Shown here piece after piece: positions 15,488 through 25,900 of a DNA stretch of 29,527 nt. The notes beneath the pieces are model-generated. The model did no database searches and was not told where the DNA came from. It saw only the letters and a list, made by a program, of their open reading frames with translations. The stretch lies in IMG/VR virus record IMGVR_UViG_3300030106_002075, positions 1 to 29,527 of that record. One strand, 5' to 3'. The translations under genes were made by a program, and so were the position numbers. Origin of the DNA: a virus (taxonomy: Duplodnaviria; Caudoviricetes). How positions within the stretch are numbered: the first letter of the stretch is position 1; each line of letters begins with the position of its first letter.

Positions 15488-16478
15488 AGAAATCAGCATG
15501 GAGGAGGCGAGGCAACTCGTTTCGGGGGCGGCAACTGCGCCTGCCCCCGAACCTCCTGCCGCTGAACCACAGGAGATTGAGGGTGTAAGCGCCCAAGATC
15601 TGCGCAGACTATTTACCCCTAAAGGGGAACAAGTACGACGGATGAAGCACGACTTACGTGCTGGCAACGAATGGAGTTTCGGAGTACGAGCCTTTGACGA
15701 GGCCACACTCGGAGGTGCAAGACCAGGACAACTGGTCACATTAATAGGTAGATCGCATACAGGAAAAACGTTGCTTGCCATGAACATGGTGGCAAAGAAC
15801 CGCAACCATCGCACCCTTTGGGTAAGCCCCGACGAAACAGAAACAATGTTTTGGGGACGGTACTCATCTATTCGGTTGGAGTTTGATCAACGAGAATGGG
15901 TAGGTCGATTGATTCGCGAAGATCCCACAGCGTGGGAACGAGTGGAACAAATCATGCAAGACGAAACTAACTTGCATTTTGAATCTACTGGCATGAGCGT
16001 TGACGATCTAGACAAAGCGTTACGCATTGCATCCACCACTTTGTGGGGAGGCAAACGACCAGAAGTTTTAGTTTACGATTTCCTAGAACTGATACGAGGC
16101 GGCGAAGCTGGTGACGCAGCCAGCGTCCAAGCGAAGATCGAATCGTTCAAACAACTCGTATCAGACTGGCGACTAGTGGGAGTTATTATCCACCAGTCAG
16201 GGAGAGGTACAGGTAATCGTGGCAAAGCTGGCGGCATTGAAGCAGGCAGGTACGCATCCACAAGTGAAAGCCATTTCTTAATTGAAACATGGCGTAGATG
16301 GGATGACACCAACCTAGATGAGGAAACTCGTGCTCATTATGAGGACGAAGTTTCTGCTGGCCTGTGGAAAAACAAGGCTGGAGATGGGGAAAAAGCTGAG
16401 GTAAACCTCACTATAGACAGCAGCGGGCGTATCCTAGAGCCAGGAGTTACATGGGAACAAGGCACGTTCGATGGATAG
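15480..16478 (+). CDS. DnaB/RecA-fold helicase
   Basis: Walker A GRSHTGKT, Walker B LVYDFLE, IIHQ, KNK motifs. Confidence 0.85.
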   Translation: MPKEISMEEARQLVSGAATAPAPEPPAAEPQEIEGVSAQDLRRLFTPKGEQVRRMKHDLRAGNEWSFGVRAFDEATLGGARPGQLVTLIGRSHTGKTLLAMNMVAKNRNHRTLWVSPDETETMFWGRYSSIRLEFDQREWVGRLIREDPTAWERVEQIMQDETNLHFESTGMSVDDLDKALRIASTTLWGGKRPEVLVYDFLELIRGGEAGDAASVQAKIESFKQLVSDWRLVGVIIHQSGRGTGNRGKAGGIEAGRYASTSESHFLIETWRRWDDTNLDEETRAHYEDEVSAGLWKNKAGDGEKAEVNLTIDSSGRILEPGVTWEQGTFDG

Positions 16479-17514
16479 CGCAGCAGCAGGAGCATTTAAA
16501 AACGTATTCCAAGGCTTTCCGTATGCGTACGGGACAGACGTTGGTGGCTGTCGTTGGATCTCCGTTTCCACAGAATTAATTGAGAACCACCTGAGCGGCG
16601 GTGAGATGATCGGAATTTATCCGATGGTCTACGACCCCCACAAACAAGAAGGTGGCCCCGCAGGGTTCATACAGTCATCGTCAGACTTGAAGGCCAGACC
16701 CATCTACCCTGACATGAAACGTGAACTATGGATGTGTACTTGGGGAGCCATCGACATAGACGAAGGCGACGTTGACTCAGAAATAATTGCAAAAAACGCA
16801 GTTACTTTATTCTCAGCATTAGGGATCACAGCATGGCTAGAACGATCCCGAAGCAAGGGCTACCACGTATGGATATTCGCAGAAGAATGGATACCCGTTG
16901 CGTTAATGCGTAAAGCATTACAAGCAGTAATGCAACTAGCAGGCGGAGACTACGACGCTGTATACCCAAAGTCCGACTCATTAGACGGACCCCCAGGAAA
17001 CTACATACGACTTCCCTACGGAGGCGAACGACCTTACGGACGCCAAGTCATGGTTAATCCAGAAACAGGAGAAACCTACGACATTTGGGATTTCATAATA
17101 GAAGCCGAAGCAGAACGAACCCCACTAGAAGAACTAGAACGGGCAGCAGAGCTATACCAAGACCACGAACCAGACATCCCACCACCACGGGACTACAGCA
17201 AAGAACCACTCATGCGAATAGATGGTTCACGCTTACGAGGACTGGCGTTAATGATGTACCGTAACGGACCAGTGGACTACTACATGCAGCACGGAGCAGG
17301 GCGAGGGCGACACGGATTCCTAAACCGATTCGCAAGAGCCATGTTTGAATCAGGATTTGACCGAGGCGACGTAGTGTCATGGACCAACGACCTAGACTCA
17401 CGACTAGGCCAATGGTACGAAGATGGCCCAAAGTTTATGGGCCGACGAGATGGCGACCGACAAATGGAACGGCTAGTGGACGATGCCCAAAAAAGAGCAA
17501 TTAGACACATATGA
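16471..17514 (+). CDS. Archaeo-eukaryotic primase (AEP) family primase
   Basis: AIDID, ERSRSKGYHVW, YPK, GNYIRLP motifs; helical C-terminal domain. Confidence 0.85.
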   Translation: MDSAAAGAFKNVFQGFPYAYGTDVGGCRWISVSTELIENHLSGGEMIGIYPMVYDPHKQEGGPAGFIQSSSDLKARPIYPDMKRELWMCTWGAIDIDEGDVDSEIIAKNAVTLFSALGITAWLERSRSKGYHVWIFAEEWIPVALMRKALQAVMQLAGGDYDAVYPKSDSLDGPPGNYIRLPYGGERPYGRQVMVNPETGETYDIWDFIIEAEAERTPLEELERAAELYQDHEPDIPPPRDYSKEPLMRIDGSRLRGLALMMYRNGPVDYYMQHGAGRGRHGFLNRFARAMFESGFDRGDVVSWTNDLDSRLGQWYEDGPKFMGRRDGDRQMERLVDDAQKRAIRHI

Positions 17515-17848
17515 GTTAGTCATAGAAGGACGGCCCCGTACAAAGGGCCGTCCACGTATGACACGTAGCGGACGTGCCTACACACCTAAAGAAACGGTCG
17601 AAGCAGAGAACCGTATCGTAGAAGCTGTAGGCGACAACCCACCCATCTTTGAAGGACCAGTAAAACTAGAACTACATTTCACAAACGAAAGCACTTACGT
17701 AAAAATTACGTCGCTACCAGATTGGGGCAAAACCAAACTGCGTGGCGACCTAGACAACTACGTCAAGCTAGCTGCTGACGGTTTACAAAAGTCAGGGATT
17801 ATTCCAAATGACAGAGATGTAGTTTGGGTACAGGCGGAAAAAACATGA
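17483..17848 (+). CDS. rusA: RusA-family Holliday junction resolvase
   Basis: P..KGRPR, YTP, DLDNYVK...DGL, NDRDV motifs. Confidence 0.88.
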   Translation: MPKKEQLDTYELVIEGRPRTKGRPRMTRSGRAYTPKETVEAENRIVEAVGDNPPIFEGPVKLELHFTNESTYVKITSLPDWGKTKLRGDLDNYVKLAADGLQKSGIIPNDRDVVWVQAEKT

Positions 17849-18297
17849 AGTTCCAAGACCTAGATTTCTCCGAACGTCTAAACCAAATGGGCGACCTAGC
17901 CGAAGGCAAGTTTGAAGAAGTATCACCGTGGCCCTACGCACGCTACGGCCTGAACAGGCCACCCTTTCGTTTAAACAACGTTCCTCGCGAAATTTGTTAC
18001 ACACCTGACTACCTGACAGAAAACTATTTAGTAGAAGTACAAGGGTTTGGGCGTAGCCAGGAAATCCATATGAAAGTAGACAAACTCAAAGCCTTAACTT
18101 GGTGGCATGAACAAATGGAAGTCTTACTGTTTTTGTACGATTCTTTATTTGACCGTCATACTTTTCTCCGATTCCACACAATCAGAGACTTGTGCTTTCA
18201 AGCACAAACAAAACTTTTTCCAGATAACAGAAAAGAATATTTCGCCATACCAGCAGGGATAGCATGGGCGTATGGTCAAGAAGGAATTTCCCTTTGA
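17845..18297 (+). CDS. Putative PD-(D/E)XK-like nuclease
   Basis: AE...TPDYL...LVEVQG (Lys replaced by Gln); ATGA overlap start at 17845. Confidence 0.55.
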   Translation: MKFQDLDFSERLNQMGDLAEGKFEEVSPWPYARYGLNRPPFRLNNVPREICYTPDYLTENYLVEVQGFGRSQEIHMKVDKLKALTWWHEQMEVLLFLYDSLFDRHTFLRFHTIRDLCFQAQTKLFPDNRKEYFAIPAGIAWAYGQEGISL

Positions 18298-18652
18298 TCC
18301 TCTTGATCTTGCATGGAAAGTTGTTTCCCCAAAACAAAAACAAACTGAAATAGAAATACTTCAAGCAGCCGAACCTCACGCAGCACTAGAAGAATCCCAA
18401 GAAGAGCGCATGCAGCTACAAGAAGCCGTGCTGGACGCCTTCGATGATCTAGACGACGAAGAGATCTGGTTACTAAACGCTCTGTTATTTGAACGTCTAA
18501 GCCTCAGGCAAGTCGAACGACTAACTCAGCTACCCAAGACAACAGTGGCACGTAAACGTGATTACATTCTAAGAAAACTTAAACGAGCATTAAATAAACG
18601 ACAAATCGTCAAAGACTATTTAACTTTTCTACTCATCTACTTCATAGTCTGA
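18272..18652 (+). CDS. Sigma-70 region 4-like HTH protein (late activator candidate)
   Basis: LDDEE...LSLRQVERLTQLPKTTVARKRDYILRKLK; last gene of the plus-strand operon. Confidence 0.75.
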   Translation: MVKKEFPFDPLDLAWKVVSPKQKQTEIEILQAAEPHAALEESQEERMQLQEAVLDAFDDLDDEEIWLLNALLFERLSLRQVERLTQLPKTTVARKRDYILRKLKRALNKRQIVKDYLTFLLIYFIV

Positions 18653-18949
18653 GTCATCCATTGCATCAGCCGACGCAAGAATCAGGCCACTGATTATTGC
18701 AAACACATGGCTGTGCAAAGGACTGTTCTCAAAATCGTTGATCTCTGACTCCGCAGAGAACGCCATAGCGTGCTCAAACGGCAACACAATCATCACAGCT
18801 AACGAGTCCTCATGCCATTTAGCATGATTTCCGTCATCCACATTCAACAAATGTGAAGTGCTTTTTATATCGTTATAAATCTCAGAAGCAAGATAACCGT
18901 ACTCTTCGGTCCACTCTTCCCACTCGGAGTTCTCTTGCTCCTCAGACAC
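18629..18949 (-). CDS. Hypothetical acidic protein
   Basis: Likely GTG start at 18949 right after the holin stop (MSEEQENSEWEEW...). Confidence 0.65.
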   Translation of the reverse strand: MSEEQENSEWEEWTEEYGYLASEIYNDIKSTSHLLNVDDGNHAKWHEDSLAVMIVLPFEHAMAFSAESEINDFENSPLHSHVFAIISGLILASADAMDDSDYEVDE

Positions 18950-18950
18950 G

Positions 18951-19154
18951 TCAACTAACCAACGAACCTGATCGCGAATCGCCCACACGAGTCGCAGCAA
19001 TAGCTTTACCAATAGCAATGACAGCAGCAACCGCACCAATTTTTAACGAGTCCGTCCAGTCAGGGCCAGGAACGGCCATAGCGCCTACAAATCCTTGACA
19101 GAACGTAGCCAAACCACGTTCAAAACAATCTCTCAAAAAATCTAAATTAAACAA
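18951..19154 (-). CDS. Holin (r1t/actinophage type)
   Basis: ERGLATFCQ motif, two hydrophobic segments, S.SLV tail; TTG start with AAGGAG; follows endolysin. Confidence 0.8.
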   Translation of the reverse strand: MFNLDFLRDCFERGLATFCQGFVGAMAVPGPDWTDSLKIGAVAAVIAIGKAIAATRVGDSRSGSLVS

Positions 19155-19163
19155 AATATCTCC

Positions 19164-19907
19164 TTAGACAAACCACAGATAACGCCAAGTTACAGGACCA
19201 CAGACCCCATCCCGCCGTATCGGAAAATTGGCCTGAAATTCGGAAACGGCCTTTTGGGTTTTTCGCCCGAATATGCCGTCTACCACAAGCTGTGCGTTGA
19301 TGCGTTCATTCAAACGTGCCTGCAAAGTAGCCACGTTCTTACCCTTAGACCCACGGTGCAAAGGCTTGCGACGGAAATCTACCCCTAAAGATTCCATCTC
19401 TTCCATACGAACATCCCAATCAAGAGCAGTAGGCGTTCCCGTCATCGGCATCCCAGATGTAATCCAGTCCGCTAGACCGTCCCCAGGGCAATATGTGGTG
19501 CCGAAATCTCTATGACATTTGACCCATAAGTGGTCGCCATACTCTTTCCGCATTGCCTCTACAACGGTAAGGATCGCCTCCTTTCCCTTCTCAGTTAGAT
19601 CGTCACCCGAACCAATGTAAGAAATGGAAGTGGTATTAGAGTTATGCCCTTTCGTAGCTGCACCCTGCTTCCACCCACGACCCTCAAAGATCTCGCCAGT
19701 CTCACCAGAAACCAACCAGTTGTAAGCAATAGACCGCCAGCCCCGAGTCTTAACGTGATACTTGTCATGCTGACGAATACGATCCCAAGGGGCGGAACCA
19801 GAACCAGTCGTATGATGAACAACAACACCTACAGGGACACGGCGAAATTCGCTTAACTTCTTACCAGAGTCAATGGCCCCCCACTCGGCACGAGAAATGA
19901 ACTGCAT
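19164..19907 (-). CDS. Endolysin: PGRP-type N-acetylmuramoyl-L-alanine amidase plus peptidoglycan-binding domain
   Basis: ISRAEWGA, VVHHT, IAYNWL, EGRGW, HRD, TYCPG; C-terminal DGIFGRKT/DGVCGPVTW. Confidence 0.93.
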   Translation of the reverse strand: MQFISRAEWGAIDSGKKLSEFRRVPVGVVVHHTTGSGSAPWDRIRQHDKYHVKTRGWRSIAYNWLVSGETGEIFEGRGWKQGAATKGHNSNTTSISYIGSGDDLTEKGKEAILTVVEAMRKEYGDHLWVKCHRDFGTTYCPGDGLADWITSGMPMTGTPTALDWDVRMEEMESLGVDFRRKPLHRGSKGKNVATLQARLNERINAQLVVDGIFGRKTQKAVSEFQANFPIRRDGVCGPVTWRYLWFV

Positions 19908-19927
19908 ACCTATAGGGTAGTTCGTCC

Positions 19928-22900
19928 CTACAGCCTTGCCCCTGCCAAAGAACGTTCTTGTTTTATTTCATCTCGCATTTCATACATGCGAGACTGAAGC
20001 TCCATCTGCTGTTCCCATTTAGTATTCGTGCGCAACCCCGCACCAAACATAAACGAAATCCAAGTAGACACAGCACGCTTCTGATAACGCTCCTCATCAG
20101 GGAACAACCGACGCAAATCAGACAACGTAGGCATTAACTGAGCCATAGCGTGAAGCTCATAATCTTTCATAGCCCATTGCCCCTGATTGTTTTTCCCTGC
20201 AATCCCAGGCAACGACAACAACTCCATTAAGAAAGGAACTTTTGCATAGGCACGAGGAACAACCTCATACTTCCCATCAAAGTTGTAACCCTTCCAAAGA
20301 TTCTGTTTAGCTTTCCACTCATACGGTGCTTTGATCAACGGTGTAACTTGCGTACCGAAAGAACCCAAAGCAATCTGTATGCGATCCATAACACTATCTT
20401 CAGTAGTGAACCTTAATGACGGCTCAAGAAGCTCCATCGGAGCCTTGAACGGCATGTCAGGAAGAATAAACATATTCTCCCCGTCATACTTAAACGGCGT
20501 CTGTATAGCTCCCTGACGTTGCATCCACTCAGGAATAACCTTCGCACGTTCCTGCCCATACTCCATTTCTTTCTTAAACGACATGTACCTATTGAACACA
20601 ACAGGACGACGAGCAGCCATCTCAAACATCAAAGGCATATTCTTCCGAGTCCACGTATAGAACGGAACAACCTTCTTAATTACATTCCGTTCCAAATCAG
20701 ACAAATCGTCATAATCGAAATGAAATTTCATTACATTGTCAAAAGCTTCGTCAGCAGACCCGCCCTTATACAAAGCATCAAACCCCAACGAACCACGCAA
20801 AAAAGTTTCCGTAGCCATACCAAAATTTCTTGACAATCTCAAAGGCAAATTCTCTGAAGAAGCAGGGTTCATTGCTTTCAGCAAATTAACTTTCTTGCCT
20901 GCAATCTTTACCCCTTTACGACTTCCAGCAGCAGTAGCAGTATCCACAAACTCGCTAGCAACCTGCGCACCAGCCGCCCCCAAAGCTCCTGTTTCAGCAA
21001 GCTCACGCACATAATCAACATGTTCAGCGCTTACATTGTTTGGATTAATCCCACGAGCACGCATAGCTTTACGCATCTTGGATGCCCTATCAGGCATACC
21101 CAAACGCATCGCTTCTTCTTCTTGGAACTTCCAATACGCACGCATAAACCTGCGATACGACGACCAGTTCATGCCAGCAAGGTGGTTCATAAACACACCT
21201 GACATAAAGTTTCTGCCGTGGAACCCAGGCTTGGCAATCATGTAAGCACGCAACAAGTTATGTAACTTGTCGTACTTGCGGAAGAACCCTTTAGCGCCCC
21301 CACGGGCAACAAAGCGTTCAGCAGCAGTCATGCTTTCTACAATGTTTGGTGGCCCTTGAGCTATAGCTCCAATAGGTTTCATTCCAGTAGAAAAAGCTGC
21401 TTCTAACACTTCTTCTCTGTTGCCGATCCTATGAATTTCAGTTCGTTGTTCTGCCGTTGAACTAAGCAAATCAAACCACCCGTCAGCACCATCTTCCATT
21501 TCTTCTAACGCCATGCGTATACGCTGGCCGTCAGCTTCAATCAAAATATTGGTCGCTAACTTCATAGCGATTAAATCATCATCAGCAATATCGTAAAGAC
21601 TTACACCTTCACCGACACCCAACCTATTAAGAGTGTCTACAGCTTCGTCAACTTGAACAGCGTTAGCGTCTAAATAGCCAGTAATAACACGAGTTGTTTC
21701 TGCTTCCGCTAACCTCTGATCAGCAGTTTCAGCAGCAGCAACAGTTCTTTCCCGAGCAGCTTTAAACGCTGCGTCAGCTTGCTCAAAGTCTCCCTTTGCT
21801 AACTCTAAATCAGACACAATTTGCGAACGTTGCATCACAATTTCTTCTAATGCATCACCTTCAGGCAAATCATCCACAATCGGATAAAGAGAAGGAAAGT
21901 TTTCATTAATGTTTTTTGCTTGATCTTCAAGGAATTTAGTAGCGCCTACAAAATCGGAAGTCTGTTCGTAATCTATGTCAAGGGGACCTACGTCACCGCT
22001 GTCAATAAAACGACCACCTTTATAGTTAATAGCTAACGGATCTGTTACAAGAAAATTAGGCCAAAACTTAGTGCCTTGTTTTGCTCCATCGTATGCCCCT
22101 ATAACGTCATTAAATGCTTCGTGGTTCATCCACGCAACAGATGTATAACCATCAACAGATAAAGAAGTTGTGTATTTACTTATAAAATCAACATACATTC
22201 GTCCAAGCGTTGCTTCTAAAGGATCTCCAATTACAACATCTTCAACTGTTTCCATAGCAGTTGGAACAATCTTTGAACCCGTAGGCACATCAACTCTAGG
22301 AAACAAAGAACCTTTATGAACTAAAGAATCAAAACCTGTTGCAAAATTTGCTACATAATTAAAGTTCTTTTTCTTTTCAAAAGAAACACCAGCAACTAAT
22401 TTTCCTCTGTCAATTACATCAGGATTTAAGTCAGGATTAATTTCAGAAAAATACTCTAAAGCTTTATTTAAGAACCCATCAACATCTTCTAATTGACCAA
22501 CACCGCCATGTTTGCGACTCATCACCACTGCAAACTCAACAAGATCTTCGCCTTGTAAACGATTTAATTGACCAACAATTTGTTCATAAGCAGGAGAAAC
22601 ATTAGGTGGATTAAAATTGCTTAAAGCTAAAGCTAATCGCAAAGGTTCAAACACATTTGTTTGAAAAATGCCAGCATCAGTTCTAGTAAAACCTGTGTCG
22701 CTTGCTTCAACATAAGAAATAGTTTTAGATGCTTCTTCAAGTTGATCTATGTATTGAACTAAAAATTCTCTATCAGAGTTCATTACTCTTGCAACTTGAT
22801 CCACAACAAATGCGTTTTCAGAAGTAAGCCCAGGCCGAATAGCTTCAGCACCACGACCAAGTTCAACTAAAGAATTCAACCTCATAGCAATCGAAGTAAC

Positions 22901-25900
22901 TTTTTCTGGATCAGTTTCAACAGCCATCTGAACAGCTAACTGCGCTGCTAAATCTTGCTGCTTACTATCTAACCCATAAATCTTTACACTTTGCCCACCC
23001 ATAGGAACATCAAGTTCAAGATTGTAAGTATCGCCGCCTGCTAAACCATATTTAATATTCCCAGGAGTAGCGTTCAAAGCCCAATAGTCTCCCCAACCAG
23101 ACTGTAAATCGCCATAACCGCCCCACACATTTTGCACACCACCACCTGATGAACCGTGATTAAGTGTTGCTACACCATCAGGCGTAACCCCAGAAGCAAT
23201 CTCAGCAGAAGTAACACCCGAAAAAGCATTCTCAACGGCTGTAGGCGAATACCCTCTTGAAGCTAACCCAGCTTTCATTAACTCTTCAGACCCAGCCTCA
23301 TGGAAAGGCTTATTGAACTGTTCAGCTAACGCTTGAGTCCTAACCTCAAGAAAATCAGCAAAATAAGCTATGTCGTCATTATCTAATTCACCTGCATGAC
23401 GACGAACAAAATCTTCAAACCCGTTATACCTAGCCCTCAACGCAAGAATCTTTTCTATCTGCTGAGAAGCAGTATCCATTCCTCCATAATCACCAATCAT
23501 GCCAGCGGCAAACGGATTCATAGAAGGATTAGCTAAATCTTCTAACTCGCTAAGAGACCTATAACTCCAACCAGTTTCTTCTTTAGGTAAACCTCGCGCA
23601 CGATAACCAAACACTCCACCATTATCAATACGAACAACAGAAGTTTCTTCTAAATGATAAGGAGCTATACCAACGTTGTCATACTGCATTCCAGCAGCAT
23701 CCCAGTTAGCCAACACAACATCAGCCATATAGCCCTCTTCGGCTATCTCTTGAAACGGTCTAGCTACAACCCCCTGAGGTACCGCTCCTTGATTCCCCAA
23801 CCTTTGCAAACCAGTAACAGGATCAGTCCAAACCAACAACTCAGCAGGGTCCATAAAAGTAGATTGCACAGTTGCAAAATCTTGAATCATTGGAGCCACA
23901 TGCCATGTGCTGCCATCGTTACCTATAGACATGTAAGAGTTAGGTGCTCCTAAACCTAACTCCCGATAAAAAGCATTAGCCAATACTTCACCAGCAGCAC
24001 GACGAGGAGAAGCAATAACATCGCCGTCCTCGTCATACATGGCAGTCGGCTCACCATAAAAATCTTCTTCTACCTCGTTATATTGTTTAGCGTAATAACG
24101 ATTGCCAGCTTGATCTTCGTACACTCCACCAGGATTTGTCCCAGACGGACCTTCAACAAGTCTCATCTCGTCAATCCCAGGACGCACATGCCGCAAATTA
24201 AATTGATGAGTAGCTTTAGCAGTTTCAATAGCATTCAAACGTTGCTTTAAAAAAACGTAATCAGCAACAGTCAAAGTTTGCTCTCGTCCAACACGATCAG
24301 TGTAAGAAAGATTTAACTGACTACCACGCAGTTCTATCTCTGCCGCCAAGTCCTGTATGCGACCACCTATCTTTTCTTCGATTTGTGTCGTAATAGCTTT
24401 CCAATCAGCTTCACTAGCAGCAGCAGGACCGATGGTGGGAAATTCATTAACCGCATAATAGACAGCTAACTCATCTTCCATTCCCTCAAACACAACACCA
24501 AGAGATCCACCAGTAGTAGGTTGGCCAGCCTCAATAGCATCATCAACAACAGCAATTAACTCTTGTTGAGCTTCCAACGTATTCTGAGGAGTTGGAAGCA
24601 ACACCTCATCACCAGTTACTTCTTTATACCCATTAGCTACATCTAACGCACTTTGAAGCTCATCATTAATACGATTACGCATGTAATCGATTTTGTTAAA
24701 CGGGTTATTAGCAGCAACTTTAAGATTTACAAGATCTATGTCTCGTTCAACTCCCATCCAAAGGCCATAACCTTCAGCATCTACACGTTCCAAAATGCCA
24801 TCAGCAAAACCAACAGCATCTTGAACAACTATCTCAGTACCATCAGGAGCAACAAAAGTTTGAGTAATGTCAAACGAAGGATCGCTTACATCGGTGTTAC
24901 TAAACTCCCGACTAAACGCTGTAAAGTTTTCACCTGAACCAAAGATTTCACGAATAGCTTTTTCTAACCACAGTTTCTGACCAGTAGCAGAAGCAATCGT
25001 GTCATAGGCCCACCTAAAACGACCTTGATCTCCACGAATAAGATTTAATTGCTTCAACAAATCTTGACGTTGAGCTTCTAACCGAACAAGCTCGTCACCT
25101 TCTGTTTCAGGCAAACGTCCTTCAACCTGATCCAAAACACTTTGAAGTTCTCGTTCTTGCTGATCTAAAGAAAGAACACGTTGTTCTTCAACAGACTTGC
25201 TAGCAAACAACTCATCTTCTTCACGACGAGCAATATCTAAAGCACGTTGAGCTTCCTCAGCTAACTCTTCTTGACGACGCAACGTCATTTTCGCAACATC
25301 AAGTTGAGCGCCTACAGCAGATTGCACTTCGTAAGCAGCACGAATAACTCCTGCTTGACGGGCAGCAAAATCTTCTTCAGCTTTCAACAATTTAACAGAA
25401 GCAGCTTTGGCTTCCGCAGAAGGCAACCGCACGTACTCAACAAAACGATGCTGCAAAATACCGCTTTCAGTTAAAAGCGTTTGCGTGTATGTTTCACCAA
25501 CCCGAGGAGCAACCTGATCAACCCAACCCCGAAGAGCTATGTTGATGTCATCAACGAACAAAGCATAATCGCCACCATTACGTTCAATAATGTCAGCTAT
25601 TTGCTTTTCAACAGACCCAGCAACCTCACCAGTAAGAGGATCAACAGACTTAGGTGTAAGCAAAGTCTCACCAAAAAACTCGTCTGTTGCTTCGCCACTT
25701 TGTTTTAATAAGTCTCCAGCTTTTTTTACAGAAATACCATCCGCAGCAGCCTTAGCTTCTGCTGCTTCACGAAAAGCTTTTTGATCTAGATACGAACGAC
25801 GAAGTTCAGGACCAGTCGGCTGATACTTACCACGACCTCTATGGGTTCTTTGGGAATACCTTCCACTCGCTGCCAACGATTTCTGAATTGCCTTCCTAGC

